64,000 bases of DNA, from NCBI GenBank assembly GCA_035550395.1, contig DASZPF010000034.1, positions 188 through 64,187 of the forward strand, read 5' to 3'. The notes below the pieces were generated by a model. The model searched no databases. It was not told the DNA's origin and saw nothing but the letters and a program-made list of their open reading frames with translations. Made by a program: the position numbers and the translations under genes. Positions within the stretch are counted from its first letter, which is position 1, and each line of letters begins with the position of its first letter. The stretch comes from Acidobacteriaceae bacterium. GTDB lineage: Bacteria; Acidobacteriota; Terriglobia; Terriglobales; Acidobacteriaceae. Of the stretch, positions 40,190-50,251 are shown piece by piece.

Positions 40190-42718
40190 CTAGTCCGACT
40201 GCAACTCGTAATGCCCTGCATGCTCCAGAGTGACCACCCCGCGAGCGCCATTCTCCGCCGCCTCCGTCCGCGCAATGCCGCCGTTCAGCATCACGTGCAG
40301 CGTCGGCGACGACATCGGCATCGCCACCCGCGCCGTCACGCCCTCCGGCACATCCACCGTCACATGCGTTCCATGTCCATTGGCGCCTTTGCGCACATCC
40401 ACCTTCAGCAGTCCATGCGGAGTCGGCTCCGCCCCCCGCGCCCAGTCCAGGTCCACCAGGTCCGGCCGGATATCCACCGTCGCAAACCCCTGCCCCGTCG
40501 GCTGGATCCCCAGCACCTGCTCCATCAGCCATGCCGTCGGCCCCGCGGACCATCCATGCGCCAGGCTCACAAAGTAGCCGCTCCGGTTGTCCGCCTGCAG
40601 TGACGAGTGGAAGTCCTCGTGGTACCAGCTCGGGTCGTACGCCTCCCAGAAGCTCGTCGCTCCCTCATCCACCATCCCGCCCCAGTACTGCCGGATCCAC
40701 TTCAGCGCCTGCTCGCGATGTCCCATCTCCGCCATCGCGCGGATCACGTAGTAGTTGTAGTACGGCGTAATGATCCTGCCGTTCGTCGGCCCCTCGCCCA
40801 CCTGTGACAGCACGTTCTTCCAGATCGTCCCGTACTCGCTCTTGTCTACCGCGCCGCCGATCACCGCCGCCGCATTCGTCTGCCACCGCGGCCCGAAGTC
40901 CCCCTGCGCCGGATCGAGCAGATACTTCTGCGCGGCCGTCTTCAGTGCCTCTGCTCGCGCCTGGTATTTGTCCGCATTCGTCGTGTCGCCCAGCTCGCGC
41001 AGCATCCACACCGCGTCGCGATACGCGCGATAGAACTCCAGCGTCGTCGCCTTCCTTGTCTCCGGCGTATCGCCGTTTAGCTCCGGCGACCAGTCCACAT
41101 ACAGCCACACGTTACTTTTGTTCGCGTAGACGTTCCGCTCATCGAACTCCTTGTCCACATACGCCAGCAGCTGCAGCATCCGCGTATGTTCGCGCTCCAG
41201 AAACGCCTTGTCGCCCGTATGCCGGTAGTAGTCCGCTACGCCAGTGAACCAGAACGACGAGTACCCCGGAATCCCGTTCACATGCTGGTCCACAGGCGCC
41301 GGCCCGATCAGCCGGTCCAGCGTGTCCTCCATCAGCATCCGGTCGCCGAACACATCCTCGATCACCCTGCCGCTCACGTCCGTATCGCCCATCCAGCGGC
41401 CGCGGTCGCGTTTGCTCGCATCCCACACATCGTCCTGCATGCAAAGATGCGCCGTGTACGCGCCCATCTCCCAGATGCGGTTCAGCAGCTTGTCGGAGCT
41501 CTCAAACGATCCCTCATACTTCACCGGGTAATAAATGTCGTCCACCCGGATCGCCTTGAACCTCACCTCCGGCGCGCCATCCACAAACCGGATCTTTACG
41601 TACCGGAACGCCGACTTCGGCCCATGTCCAGTCCCGTCTGCCGCAATCGTCAGCAGATTCGTCCCCAGATAAGGCGCCTTCATCGCCTCCGAATCCGACT
41701 CGCCCATCTGCACCGTCACCGTCACCGGCGTGTCGGAGTCCGACACCAGCTCCACCCGCCCTGTAAGCTCGCGCCCAAAATCCAGCACCACGCTCGGCGC
41801 ATCCTCATCGCTCAACCTCGCGCCCGGCATCTTCACCGCGAACTCGCCCGCCCCGCCCGTCAGCGCGTCCATGTCCTCCAGCGCGCCGCGTCCCGCGTAG
41901 TGCGCCAGGATTCCGCGCGCCGCAATCGGCATATGCGCCAGGAACTGCGAGATACCGTCATACCCCGGCCAGTTGTACAGCCCTGCATCCGCGTTCCACT
42001 GGAACATCTCAATCGAGCTCTCGATGCTGCCAATGCTCTGCACCGGCTTCCAGCCGGTATCGTTGAACCTTGCCTGCTCCCACCCGCCTGCTGCAGCGCT
42101 CGAACTCTTCCACTGCTTATCGCTGATCACTAAATCCTCGCCGTTCACCCACTCCGGCGCCGCCACAATCTTCGCCACCACCACCTGCCCGAAGGTCTGC
42201 TGTCGCACCAGCGCGCTGTTGGCCCAGCCGGAGACTCCGCGTCCGCGTACCGCCTCCAGCGCAATCGTGTTCTCGCCTGTGTGCAGAAACTTCGCCACGG
42301 GCGCCGCGAACACGTGCATCCCCAGCGGCGAGGTCACGTCGCTCTCCACCTGCTCGGCAAGCGTGCCGTTGATCCATACCTTCAGGCTTCTCGGCCCCGC
42401 AACGTACAGTGTCGCTTCCTGCGGCACTGCGCTCACAGTAAATTTTCGGCGAAAATAATGCGGCTCAATCCGCTCGTTCGCCTTCGGCCGTTTGTATAAA
42501 ACTTTGTCGCTGGAATTCGCGTCATTCGCCGTCCAGATGTACTCCTCCTTCAGCGGAGTGTGGACCGCGCTCTCCATCGCCGGTTGCGTCACCGCCTTCG
42601 TCGGATCAAGCGGCGTAACAGTGCTGGGCACAAGCTCCTGCGTCAACGGCAGGTCCTGCGCCCGCGTCGCAACCGCCCCCAGCATCAGCGCCAGTCCTAT
42701 ACCAACCGCAGTCCTCAT
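40190..42718 (-). CDS. Secreted alpha-L-rhamnosidase (GH78)
   Basis: Signal peptide; LDFGRE, DASKRDRGRWMGD, VDW, GATSFWE, SLAHGWS. Confidence 0.85.
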   Translation of the reverse strand: MRTAVGIGLALMLGAVATRAQDLPLTQELVPSTVTPLDPTKAVTQPAMESAVHTPLKEEYIWTANDANSSDKVLYKRPKANERIEPHYFRRKFTVSAVPQEATLYVAGPRSLKVWINGTLAEQVESDVTSPLGMHVFAAPVAKFLHTGENTIALEAVRGRGVSGWANSALVRQQTFGQVVVAKIVAAPEWVNGEDLVISDKQWKSSSAAAGGWEQARFNDTGWKPVQSIGSIESSIEMFQWNADAGLYNWPGYDGISQFLAHMPIAARGILAHYAGRGALEDMDALTGGAGEFAVKMPGARLSDEDAPSVVLDFGRELTGRVELVSDSDTPVTVTVQMGESDSEAMKAPYLGTNLLTIAADGTGHGPKSAFRYVKIRFVDGAPEVRFKAIRVDDIYYPVKYEGSFESSDKLLNRIWEMGAYTAHLCMQDDVWDASKRDRGRWMGDTDVSGRVIEDVFGDRMLMEDTLDRLIGPAPVDQHVNGIPGYSSFWFTGVADYYRHTGDKAFLEREHTRMLQLLAYVDKEFDERNVYANKSNVWLYVDWSPELNGDTPETRKATTLEFYRAYRDAVWMLRELGDTTNADKYQARAEALKTAAQKYLLDPAQGDFGPRWQTNAAAVIGGAVDKSEYGTIWKNVLSQVGEGPTNGRIITPYYNYYVIRAMAEMGHREQALKWIRQYWGGMVDEGATSFWEAYDPSWYHEDFHSSLQADNRSGYFVSLAHGWSAGPTAWLMEQVLGIQPTGQGFATVDIRPDLVDLDWARGAEPTPHGLLKVDVRKGANGHGTHVTVDVPEGVTARVAMPMSSPTLHVMLNGGIARTEAAENGARGVVTLEHAGHYELQSD

Positions 42719-42884
42719 CGCGTCTCCTTCTGCACATCGCCCACACCCTGCGGGCCATCGCCCTGTGTCCATTCCGCGTCTTACAAACACGCGCCGGGCC
42801 TTCCTTGACCCGCCTAACAACCTACCTCAACCCGTGCCCTTCCGGTAAAATCAAACCTGTCGCGTACGCAGCAAAGGAGCCTCC

Positions 42885-43886
42885 ATGGCCACAATTCTTG
42901 AGCAGCTTCGCACCATGACCACCGTCGTCGCCGACTCCGGCGACATCAACTCCATCAAGGAGTTCAAGCCCACCGATTCCACCACCAACCCCTCCCTCAT
43001 CGCCGCCGCCGCCACCATGCCCGCCTACGCGCCCATCGTGGACAGTGTCCTGATGGAGGCGCGCGAGCAGGCAGGCCCCTCTGCCAGCGATAAGGACGTC
43101 GCTGCACTGGCCTTCAAGTCCCTCGCCGTCGCCTTCGGCAAAAAAATCCTCGAGATCGTCCCCGGCCGCGTCTCCACCGAGGTCGACGCGCGCCTCTCCT
43201 ACGACTCCGAGAAGACCATGGCCCAGGCCCGCGACATCATCGCGCAGTACGACCAGGCCGGTATCGGTCGCGAGCGCGTCCTCATCAAGGTCGCCTCCAC
43301 CTGGGAGGGCATCAAAGCCGCCGAGCAGCTCGAAAAGGAAGGCATCCACTGCAATCTCACCCTCCTCTTCGGCCTGCACCAGGCCATCGCCTGCGCCGAG
43401 GCCAAGGTCACCCTCATCTCGCCCTTCGTCGGCCGCATCCTCGACTGGTACAAGAAAGACACCGGTAAGGACTACGTCGGCGCCGACGATCCCGGCGTCA
43501 AGTCCGTCACCACCATCTACAACTATTACAAGCACTTCGGCTACAAAACGCAGGTCATGGGAGCCAGCTTCCGCAACATCGGAGAGATCGAAGAGCTCGC
43601 CGGCTGCGACCTCCTCACCATCGCACCCAAGCTCCTCGCTGAGCTCGAAGCCAAGCAGGGCGACCTGCCCCGCAAGCTTGACCCCGCAAAGGCGCAGTCG
43701 ATGTCCATCGACAAGATCCCGATGGATAAGGACACCTTTGAGAAGATGCACGCTGCCGACCGCATGGCCCACGACAAGCTGAAGGAGGGCATCGAAGGCT
43801 TCTCCAAAGCACTCGAAGACCTCGAGCAGCTCCTCGCCAAACGTCTCAGCGAGATCAGCGAAAAGCAGACTGTCGGCGCCCACTAA
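42885..43886 (+). CDS. tal: Transaldolase
   Basis: [42 protein letters not shown]. Confidence 0.97.
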   Translation: MATILEQLRTMTTVVADSGDINSIKEFKPTDSTTNPSLIAAAATMPAYAPIVDSVLMEAREQAGPSASDKDVAALAFKSLAVAFGKKILEIVPGRVSTEVDARLSYDSEKTMAQARDIIAQYDQAGIGRERVLIKVASTWEGIKAAEQLEKEGIHCNLTLLFGLHQAIACAEAKVTLISPFVGRILDWYKKDTGKDYVGADDPGVKSVTTIYNYYKHFGYKTQVMGASFRNIGEIEELAGCDLLTIAPKLLAELEAKQGDLPRKLDPAKAQSMSIDKIPMDKDTFEKMHAADRMAHDKLKEGIEGFSKALEDLEQLLAKRLSEISEKQTVGAH

Positions 43887-43903
43887 AACTCAGATACGCC
43901 CAG

Positions 43904-43934
43904 ATGGCCCGTCCTTCGCGCAGCGAAGGATGGG
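43904..43934. repeat. REP-like palindrome CCCGTCCTTCGC-GCA-GCGAAGGATGGG
   Basis: 12-bp stem after the tal stop; similar architecture to 53632 and 60604. Confidence 0.6.
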
Positions 43935-43971
43935 CGCTTCTTTTATCCACCATTTCCGCATCTAACTCCCA

Positions 43972-44829
43972 ATGGCCCGCGCAGCCAGTCCGACGCGTCC
44001 CATTCAAGCCCTCTACGAAGCCATCCAGTCGCTCGAGGCCGCCGCCCTCGTCTGCCTCGCCACCCCGAAGAAGCGCCCCGTCCACCGTTTGCGCACCTTC
44101 ACCCGGCGCATCGAAGCCCAGCTTCACCTCATCGCTCTGCTGCCGGACACGCCTCGTCACGCAAAGCAGCGTACCAAAACCCTGGCTCTGCTCCGGAAGC
44201 TTCGCCGCGCCGCCGGCGCCGTCCGTGACCTCGACGTCGAACGCGACCTCATCGCCCACGATGCTGCCCGCATCCGCGGCCGCTCTCATCGGGCCGTCGC
44301 ACTTCGTGACGAAGCCGCCACCCTCGACGACGCCCTGAAGCACCGCCGCACCGCCGAGGCAGAGAAGCTCGTGCGCCTCCTCCGCAAGGAGCGCAAAAAG
44401 CTTCCACTGGCCTTTGAATCGCTCCGCGAAGCTCTCGCCCCGGCAAAGAAAGCCGTCCTCACCGAAGATCAGCTCATTGCTCTCACCCGCGATTGGTTCG
44501 CCCGCGGCAATCCGCCGCAATCGCCTGCGGCGAACGACGACGCCGGCACCCTGCACGACATTCGCAAGCGAGCCAAGCTCGCCCGCTACATGGCCGAGTC
44601 TCCGCCTCGATCCGGCCAGCCCGCCGCACGCGCCCGGCGCCTCGCCGCCCATTTCGAGGCGCTTCAGGAGGCCGGAGGCCACTGGCACGACTGGCTCCAA
44701 CTCGCCGGCTTCGCGCGCAAACAACTCGGCAAATCAGCCCAACTCCCGGAGCGCTTCTCAACTCACGCCAACAGCGCCCTCAGGACCTACAAACACAAGC
44801 TCGCGTCGCACCTGGCACCTAGCACCTAG
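43972..44829 (+). CDS. CHAD domain protein (polyphosphate-binding)
   Basis: VHRLR..RR, AGAVRDLDV, LHDIRK.AK.ARY, G.WHD. Confidence 0.88.
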   Translation: MARAASPTRPIQALYEAIQSLEAAALVCLATPKKRPVHRLRTFTRRIEAQLHLIALLPDTPRHAKQRTKTLALLRKLRRAAGAVRDLDVERDLIAHDAARIRGRSHRAVALRDEAATLDDALKHRRTAEAEKLVRLLRKERKKLPLAFESLREALAPAKKAVLTEDQLIALTRDWFARGNPPQSPAANDDAGTLHDIRKRAKLARYMAESPPRSGQPAARARRLAAHFEALQEAGGHWHDWLQLAGFARKQLGKSAQLPERFSTHANSALRTYKHKLASHLAPST

Positions 44830-44885
44830 CACCTAGCACCTAGCACCTAGCACCTAGCACCTAGCACCTAGCACCTAGCACCTAG
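44816..44885. repeat. Tandem heptamer (CACCTAG)x10
   Basis: Ten perfect copies plus one degenerate copy at 44809. Confidence 0.97.
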
Positions 44886-46528
44886 AGTATGTACCGGCTC
44901 AGGTCCTGGTCCTTCACAATCGAAGCCACCTGCTGCTTCACGTACTCCGGGTCCACCACAATCACCTTCTCCGCTGTGCCATCCTCGCGCCGTCGCTCGA
45001 TCACCGGCAGCGGAGGAGCAGTCTCCGCGCTTGCCACCACCTTCGCCACCACGCCCTCTTCGGTCGCCTCCGACCGTGGGCTCTTGAGCAGGTCCGGCGC
45101 CTGGAAGCTGATCTCGTCCAGTACCCGCTCCATGATCGTGTGCAGCCGCCGCGCCCCGATATTCTCCGTCGTCTCATTCACGCGAAACGCAAAGCTCGCC
45201 ATCTCCGCCAGCGCCTCCGGCGTAAACTCCAGCTTCAGCCCTTCGGTCTCCAGCAGCGCCGTCGACTGCTTCACCAGCGACGACTTCGGCTCTGTCAGTA
45301 TCTTCACGAAATCTTCCACCGTCAGGCTCTTCAGCTCCACGCGGATCGGAAACCTTCCCTGCAGCTCCGGAATCAGATCGCTCGGCTTGGACACATGGAA
45401 CGCGCCCGCCGCGATAAACAGGATGTGGTCCGTCGACACCATCCCATACTTCGTGTTCACCGTCGTCCCTTCCACGATCGGCAGAATGTCCCTCTGCACT
45501 CCCTCGCGGCTCACATCCGGCCCATGACCGCCCTCGCGCCCCGCGATCTTATCGATCTCGTCCAGGAACACGATCCCCGAATCCTCCACGCGCTCCACCG
45601 CAAGCCGGGTCACGTGGTCCATATCGATCAGGCGGCCCTCTTCCTCCTGCACCAGATAGTCGAACGCCTCCACCACCTTCATCTTGCGCCGCTTCGTCCG
45701 GCTGCCGAACAACCCGGGAAGCATCTCCCGCAGGTTCGACTCCATCTCTTCGGGCGCCTGCGTCGACAGAAACTCGAAGCTCGGCTGGTTGCGGTCGCGC
45801 ACATCCAGCTCGACCATCCGCTCATCCAGCTTGCCTTCGCGGAACTGCTGTCGCAGCTTCTCCCGGCTCTTCTCCCAGCCGGCCCGCTCTTCACCCGCCT
45901 CTGCAGCGCTCGACGCCATCGGCGGGACTGCACTCGCATCGATCGTCTGTCCGCCGGACTCAGCCTGCAGCGGGATCTGCATCACCTGCATCCCGCGCGG
46001 CGTCATCACCACCGCCGCCGGCCCGGCGCCCGCTCCCGTCTTCGGCGCCTGTTGCGCCGCCTGCGAAGGCGGCGGCAGCAGCAGGTCCAGCAGCCGCTCC
46101 TCGGCGCTCAGCTCCGCCTTGTCCTCCACCTCCTCCATCTTTTCTTCGCGCACCATGTCGATCGCGATCTCCACCAGATCGCGCACAATCGACTCCACGT
46201 CTCGCCCCACATATCCCACCTCGGTAAACTTCGAGGCCTCCACCTTCAGGAACGGCGAATTCGTCAGCTTTGCCAGCCGCCGCGCAATCTCCGTCTTGCC
46301 CACGCCCGTCGGCCCGATCATGATAATGTTCTTCGGCATGATGTCTTCGGCCAGCTCCGGAGCCAGCTTCTGCCGCCGCATCCGGTTGCGCAGCGCAATC
46401 GCCACCGCGCGCTTCGCTGCGCCCTGCCCCACCACGTACTTGTCCAGCTCCGCCACAATCTCGCGTGGAGTCATCACATCCAGCGCCAGCGCCTGGTCCT
46501 CTGCCGTTCCCGGTAAATAAATCGCCAT
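44882..46528 (-). CDS. hslU: ATP-dependent protease ATPase subunit HslU
   Basis: [40 protein letters not shown]. Confidence 0.97.
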   Translation of the reverse strand: MAIYLPGTAEDQALALDVMTPREIVAELDKYVVGQGAAKRAVAIALRNRMRRQKLAPELAEDIMPKNIIMIGPTGVGKTEIARRLAKLTNSPFLKVEASKFTEVGYVGRDVESIVRDLVEIAIDMVREEKMEEVEDKAELSAEERLLDLLLPPPSQAAQQAPKTGAGAGPAAVVMTPRGMQVMQIPLQAESGGQTIDASAVPPMASSAAEAGEERAGWEKSREKLRQQFREGKLDERMVELDVRDRNQPSFEFLSTQAPEEMESNLREMLPGLFGSRTKRRKMKVVEAFDYLVQEEEGRLIDMDHVTRLAVERVEDSGIVFLDEIDKIAGREGGHGPDVSREGVQRDILPIVEGTTVNTKYGMVSTDHILFIAAGAFHVSKPSDLIPELQGRFPIRVELKSLTVEDFVKILTEPKSSLVKQSTALLETEGLKLEFTPEALAEMASFAFRVNETTENIGARRLHTIMERVLDEISFQAPDLLKSPRSEATEEGVVAKVVASAETAPPLPVIERRREDGTAEKVIVVDPEYVKQQVASIVKDQDLSRYIL

Positions 46529-46531
46529 CGT

Positions 46532-47200
46532 TTACGCCTTCTTCAACTCTTCAATCGTCAGCTCGTCGTTCGTATAAATGCAGATCTGTCCGGCGATCTT
46601 CAGACTCTTCTCCGCGATCTCCCGCGCCCCCAGCTCCGTGTTCTCCATCAGCGCCCGCGCCGCGGCCAGCGCGAAGCTGCCGCCCGACCCGATCGCAACA
46701 ATCCCCTCGTCCGGCTCGATCACGTCACCATTCCCGCTCAGCACAAACGTAGCCGTCAGGTCGCTCACAATCAGCAGCGCCTCCAGGTGCCGCAGCATCC
46801 GGTCCGTCCGCCAGTCCTTCGCCAGTTCCACCGCCGACCGGCTCAGGTTCCCCGCATACTGCTCCAGCTTCGTTTCAAACCGGCTGAACAGCGAGAACGC
46901 GTCCGCCGTCGAGCCGGCGAACCCCGCCAGCACCTTGTCCTGATACAGGCGCCGGATCTTCTTCGCCGAGTGCTTCATCACGTTCGCGCCCAGCGTTACC
47001 TGCCCGTCGGCGGCCATCACCACGCTGTCGCCGCGCCGCACCGCCAGCACCGTGGTCGAGCGAATGCGCCGCCCGTCCCCCAAATCCAGTGGATGCCCCG
47101 GTGAGTGATGCGCCTCCGGCCCAACGCTGCGCCCGCGTTGCAAACCAGTCCGTTTGTTCTTTTTCGAGGTGTCGGTAGAAGAGAGAAAATTTGCTGTCAT
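46532..47200 (-). CDS. hslV: ATP-dependent protease subunit HslV with N-terminal extension
   Basis: [33 protein letters not shown]; start 47200 or 47206. Confidence 0.95.
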   Translation of the reverse strand: MTANFLSSTDTSKKNKRTGLQRGRSVGPEAHHSPGHPLDLGDGRRIRSTTVLAVRRGDSVVMAADGQVTLGANVMKHSAKKIRRLYQDKVLAGFAGSTADAFSLFSRFETKLEQYAGNLSRSAVELAKDWRTDRMLRHLEALLIVSDLTATFVLSGNGDVIEPDEGIVAIGSGGSFALAAARALMENTELGAREIAEKSLKIAGQICIYTNDELTIEELKKA

Positions 47201-47242
47201 GTGCAACTTCCAGTATATCGCTGCCCGCTTTACGGCTTGCTC

Positions 47243-47268
47243 AAGGGCTCGGCTTTAGCCGTGCCCTT
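47243..47268. repeat. REP-like palindrome AAGGGCTCGGCT-TT-AGCCGTGCCCTT
   Basis: Same family as 11081, 51421 and 60684. Confidence 0.65.
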
Positions 47269-47370
47269 AACCAGCCAAAACAAGAGCGGAGGGCGCCAGT
47301 ACTCCTCTCGCCGTACCCTCGTACCCTCCTCAACCTTGTACCTTGCCCCTTGAACCTCTATCCTTCAACC

Positions 47371-48327
47371 ATGCACATGGTGGCCACATCGTCCGGCCGC
47401 ATGCAGCGCGTGCTGGTCTTCTCGCTGGCCGCGACCTTCTGCTACGTCCTCGCCACTCTTTACTTCGGCATCCGCGCGCACTCCCTCGCCCTCATCTCCG
47501 AGGCCGGCCACAACGTCTCGGACATGCTCGCCATCGCGCTCTCTTTCGTCGCCGTCTACTTCCAGCGCCGTCCCGCCACCGCGGAAAAGACCTTCGGCTA
47601 CCAGCGCGCAGGCGTCCTCGCCGCCTTCGTCAACGCCCTCACCCTCATCGTCCTCTCCGCATGGATCGCCATCTCCGCCATCCACCGCCTCTATGAGCCC
47701 GTCACCGTCCATCCCCGCCTCATGATCTTCGTCGCCGCCGCCGGCGTCCTCATGAACGGCGTCATCGCTGCGCTCCTCTGGAGCTCCGCACGCGACGTCA
47801 ACATCCGGTCCGTCTTTCTCCACATGCTCGGCGACACCCTCTCCACCGCCGCCGTCATCGCCGGCGGAGCCGGCATCCTCTACTTCGGCGTCATGTGGAT
47901 CGACCCCGCCCTCTCGCTCCTCATCGCTGGCATGATTCTCTGGAGCTCCGTCTCCATCGTCCGTGAAACCCTCCACATCCTCCTCGAAGGCACGCCCCGC
48001 GCCCACGCCCTCGCGGACATCCGCGCCTCCATCGCCCAGGTCCCCGGCGTCCTCGATGTCCACGACCTCCACGTCTGGTCGCTCGGCTCCTCATCCCACG
48101 CGCTGGCCAGCCATGTGCTCATCCCGGAGATGCCCCTCTCCGAGTGTTCCTCGATCCTCGACGCCATCAACTGCGCCCTGCGCGACCGCTTCCACATCGC
48201 GCACACCACCATCCAGTTTGAGATTCGAGGCTGCGAGACCACGCACGGCTGCTCCGCCCCGCCTGAAGTGGAACAAGTCTCAGGCCACGCCCACCATCAC
48301 CACCACCACCACGGCCATGCGCATTGA
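47371..48327 (+). CDS. Cation diffusion facilitator (ZitB/CzcD-like)
   Basis: SLALISEAGHN..D, TFGYQR, HMLGD, VHDLHVW; His-rich C-terminal tail. Confidence 0.93.
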   Translation: MHMVATSSGRMQRVLVFSLAATFCYVLATLYFGIRAHSLALISEAGHNVSDMLAIALSFVAVYFQRRPATAEKTFGYQRAGVLAAFVNALTLIVLSAWIAISAIHRLYEPVTVHPRLMIFVAAAGVLMNGVIAALLWSSARDVNIRSVFLHMLGDTLSTAAVIAGGAGILYFGVMWIDPALSLLIAGMILWSSVSIVRETLHILLEGTPRAHALADIRASIAQVPGVLDVHDLHVWSLGSSSHALASHVLIPEMPLSECSSILDAINCALRDRFHIAHTTIQFEIRGCETTHGCSAPPEVEQVSGHAHHHHHHHGHAH

Positions 48328-48763
48328 CCGTTTGCTGGCTGCGCTCATACTCCTGACGGCTGCAGTCGCTATGTCTCAGGATTTCTCCATCACGCTTATC
48401 AAACAGACGCCCGACTATCTGACATTCACGGTGAACAATACATCGAAGTCGGACCTCACCGTCTGCATGTCGAACATCTGGGCAATCTCACGACATCAAG
48501 TACCCGACGGCGGATTGAGCCCCTTCGGCGTACAGTCCTACTTCAGACATCATTGGGGCTACATCGTCGGTTCAGATGTGGCATACCGCTTCACTGCTTC
48601 AATACCCGCCGGCGAGTCGGACAAATTCTCTATCGCCGCCCTTCAACACGGCACCTACCGCGTGTTCATTGATTATTCCCCGCGAAGCGGCGCAACAACA
48701 TGCGAGGATCTGGAGGCTTTACATCCACGTCGAGCAAAATCGGATAGTTTCACCATCCCGTAG
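48317..48763 (+). CDS. Hypothetical secreted protein (148 aa)
   Basis: Signal peptide MRIDRLLAALILLTAAVAMSQ; beta-rich; followed by a terminator-like hairpin. Confidence 0.6.
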   Translation: MRIDRLLAALILLTAAVAMSQDFSITLIKQTPDYLTFTVNNTSKSDLTVCMSNIWAISRHQVPDGGLSPFGVQSYFRHHWGYIVGSDVAYRFTASIPAGESDKFSIAALQHGTYRVFIDYSPRSGATTCEDLEALHPRRAKSDSFTIP

Positions 48764-48777
48764 CCAACACTAAACGC

Positions 48778-48806
48778 GAGAGCGCCCGCTCATGGCGGGC
48801 GCTCTC
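48778..48806. terminator. Hairpin between convergent genes (GAGAGCGCCCGC-TCATG-GCGGGCGCTCTC)
   Basis: Perfect 12-bp stem; U-tract weak. Confidence 0.65.
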
Positions 48807-48826
48807 AGCTTGTTCCGCGCGACAGC

Positions 48827-49252
48827 CTACTCCAGCGTCGCGTCCAGCGTGATCTCCGCCGCCGGGGCCAGCAGCCGCGAGACCGGGCAGCCGGCCTTCG
48901 CCACGCCGGCCAGCTCATCGAACTTCGCCTTGTCGATGCCCGGCACCTTCGCCTTCGTCGTCAGGTGGATCTTGGTGATGGTCGGCTTGTCATGCATGTC
49001 CAGCGTCAGCCGCGCCGAGGTCTCAATCGTGTCTGGCGTAAAGCCCGCGTTCGTCAGCTGCCCGCTGAACGCCATTGTGAAGCATCCGGCATGCGCCGCT
49101 GCAATCAGCTCCTCGGGGTTCGTGCCCACACCCTCGGCAAACCGCGCCGCAAAGCTGTACTGCGTGTCCTTGAGCGTGCCGCTCTGGGTCGAAATCGTGC
49201 CTTTGCCTTCCTTGATCGTGCCGTGCCAGACGGCGCTTGCAGTGCGGTCCAT
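48827..49252 (-). CDS. osmC: OsmC family peroxiredoxin
   Basis: ASAVWHG, GTNPEELIAAAHAGCF, CPVS. Confidence 0.93.
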   Translation of the reverse strand: MDRTASAVWHGTIKEGKGTISTQSGTLKDTQYSFAARFAEGVGTNPEELIAAAHAGCFTMAFSGQLTNAGFTPDTIETSARLTLDMHDKPTITKIHLTTKAKVPGIDKAKFDELAGVAKAGCPVSRLLAPAAEITLDATLE

Positions 49253-49421
49253 ATCGCTTCTCCTCATGAATTCGCAAGCGAAGTCGGGTTCGCTCGCGGT
49301 GAAATCGCTGAAGTCTTGAACGTCTATCGTCCTTAACCACGGTAACCCATTCGATGCGTCCGCGCTCTTCGCCCCGCAAAACCCGGATGAAAATCCGCTC
49401 TGCTGCGCTACTCTTTTCTTC

Positions 49422-49592
49422 ATGTCATCGCAAACGGCCCCGCAGCAGCCGGCGGCGGAATCCTGTCCCATCGCTACCGGGGAACACCACTCCGTCTTTT
49501 GTCCCAACTGCTCCTCGCGTCTCTCTGACCACCGCTGCAAGCTCATCTGCCGCAACTGCGGCTACTTCCTCAGCTGTGCGGACTTCTACTGA
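49422..49592 (+). CDS. 56-aa zinc-finger microprotein (absent from the ORF track)
   Basis: Hand translation ...FCPNCSSRLSDHRCKLICRNCGYFLSCADFY*; TACTCT 7 nt before ATG. Confidence 0.75.
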   Translation: MSSQTAPQQPAAESCPIATGEHHSVFCPNCSSRLSDHRCKLICRNCGYFLSCADFY

Positions 49593-49670
49593 AACCTGAG
49601 CTTCCCTCACTTGCAGGCCATCGAAAGCCGCATCTAACCTGTGGAGCACCAGGAAACTCGAGGTCGCGAA

Positions 49671-50240
49671 ATGACCGCTCGTCTGCGCCGCCGCGCCACC
49701 GCAGGAATCTCTGTTTCTCTCGCCGCCGCCCTGCTTCTGCTTCCTCTCACGGGCTGTCATTCCGGAACAGATCCGACCCCGGAGAACTTCATCGCCGGCC
49801 TCAACGCCTACTTCGCGGAACACCCGGACTGCCTCTTCCCCGACCCGCCCAGCTTTCCCTATGAGACCGCCGACGCGGAGAAGACCAGACAGATGGATGC
49901 TCTCGTCACCTCGAAGCTCCTCACCGTTGCCCGGGCGCCTAAACTCCACGTGAGCCGCTACATGCTCACCGACGCCGGAACGCGGTTGGCCCCGCGCTTC
50001 TGCTTCGGCCATCGGGTCGTGACCGGCATCGACAGCTCAACCCCGCCCACCAAAGGCCAGGGCTATCCTTCGACCCATGTCGCGTATCACTACACCATGC
50101 AGGACGTGCCCGTCTGGGCCAGGACCGACCAGATGCGCGCCGCCTTCCCCACAATGGCCCATGAGATCGGCGGGACCTCCTCAGCTACCGCAACCCTTGG
50201 AGCCACACTGCAAAACTGGCAGGTCCTGACGGCTGACTGA
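49671..50240 (+). CDS. Hypothetical lipoprotein
   Basis: Basic N-region, hydrophobic core, LTGC lipobox; GAGG upstream. Confidence 0.75.
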   Translation: MTARLRRRATAGISVSLAAALLLLPLTGCHSGTDPTPENFIAGLNAYFAEHPDCLFPDPPSFPYETADAEKTRQMDALVTSKLLTVARAPKLHVSRYMLTDAGTRLAPRFCFGHRVVTGIDSSTPPTKGQGYPSTHVAYHYTMQDVPVWARTDQMRAAFPTMAHEIGGTSSATATLGATLQNWQVLTAD

Positions 50241-50251
50241 CGACGCTGTCC

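Noticed and set aside
44816-44885. Possible CRISPR array
   Set aside because: Contiguous 7-nt units with no spacers; no cas genes in the window
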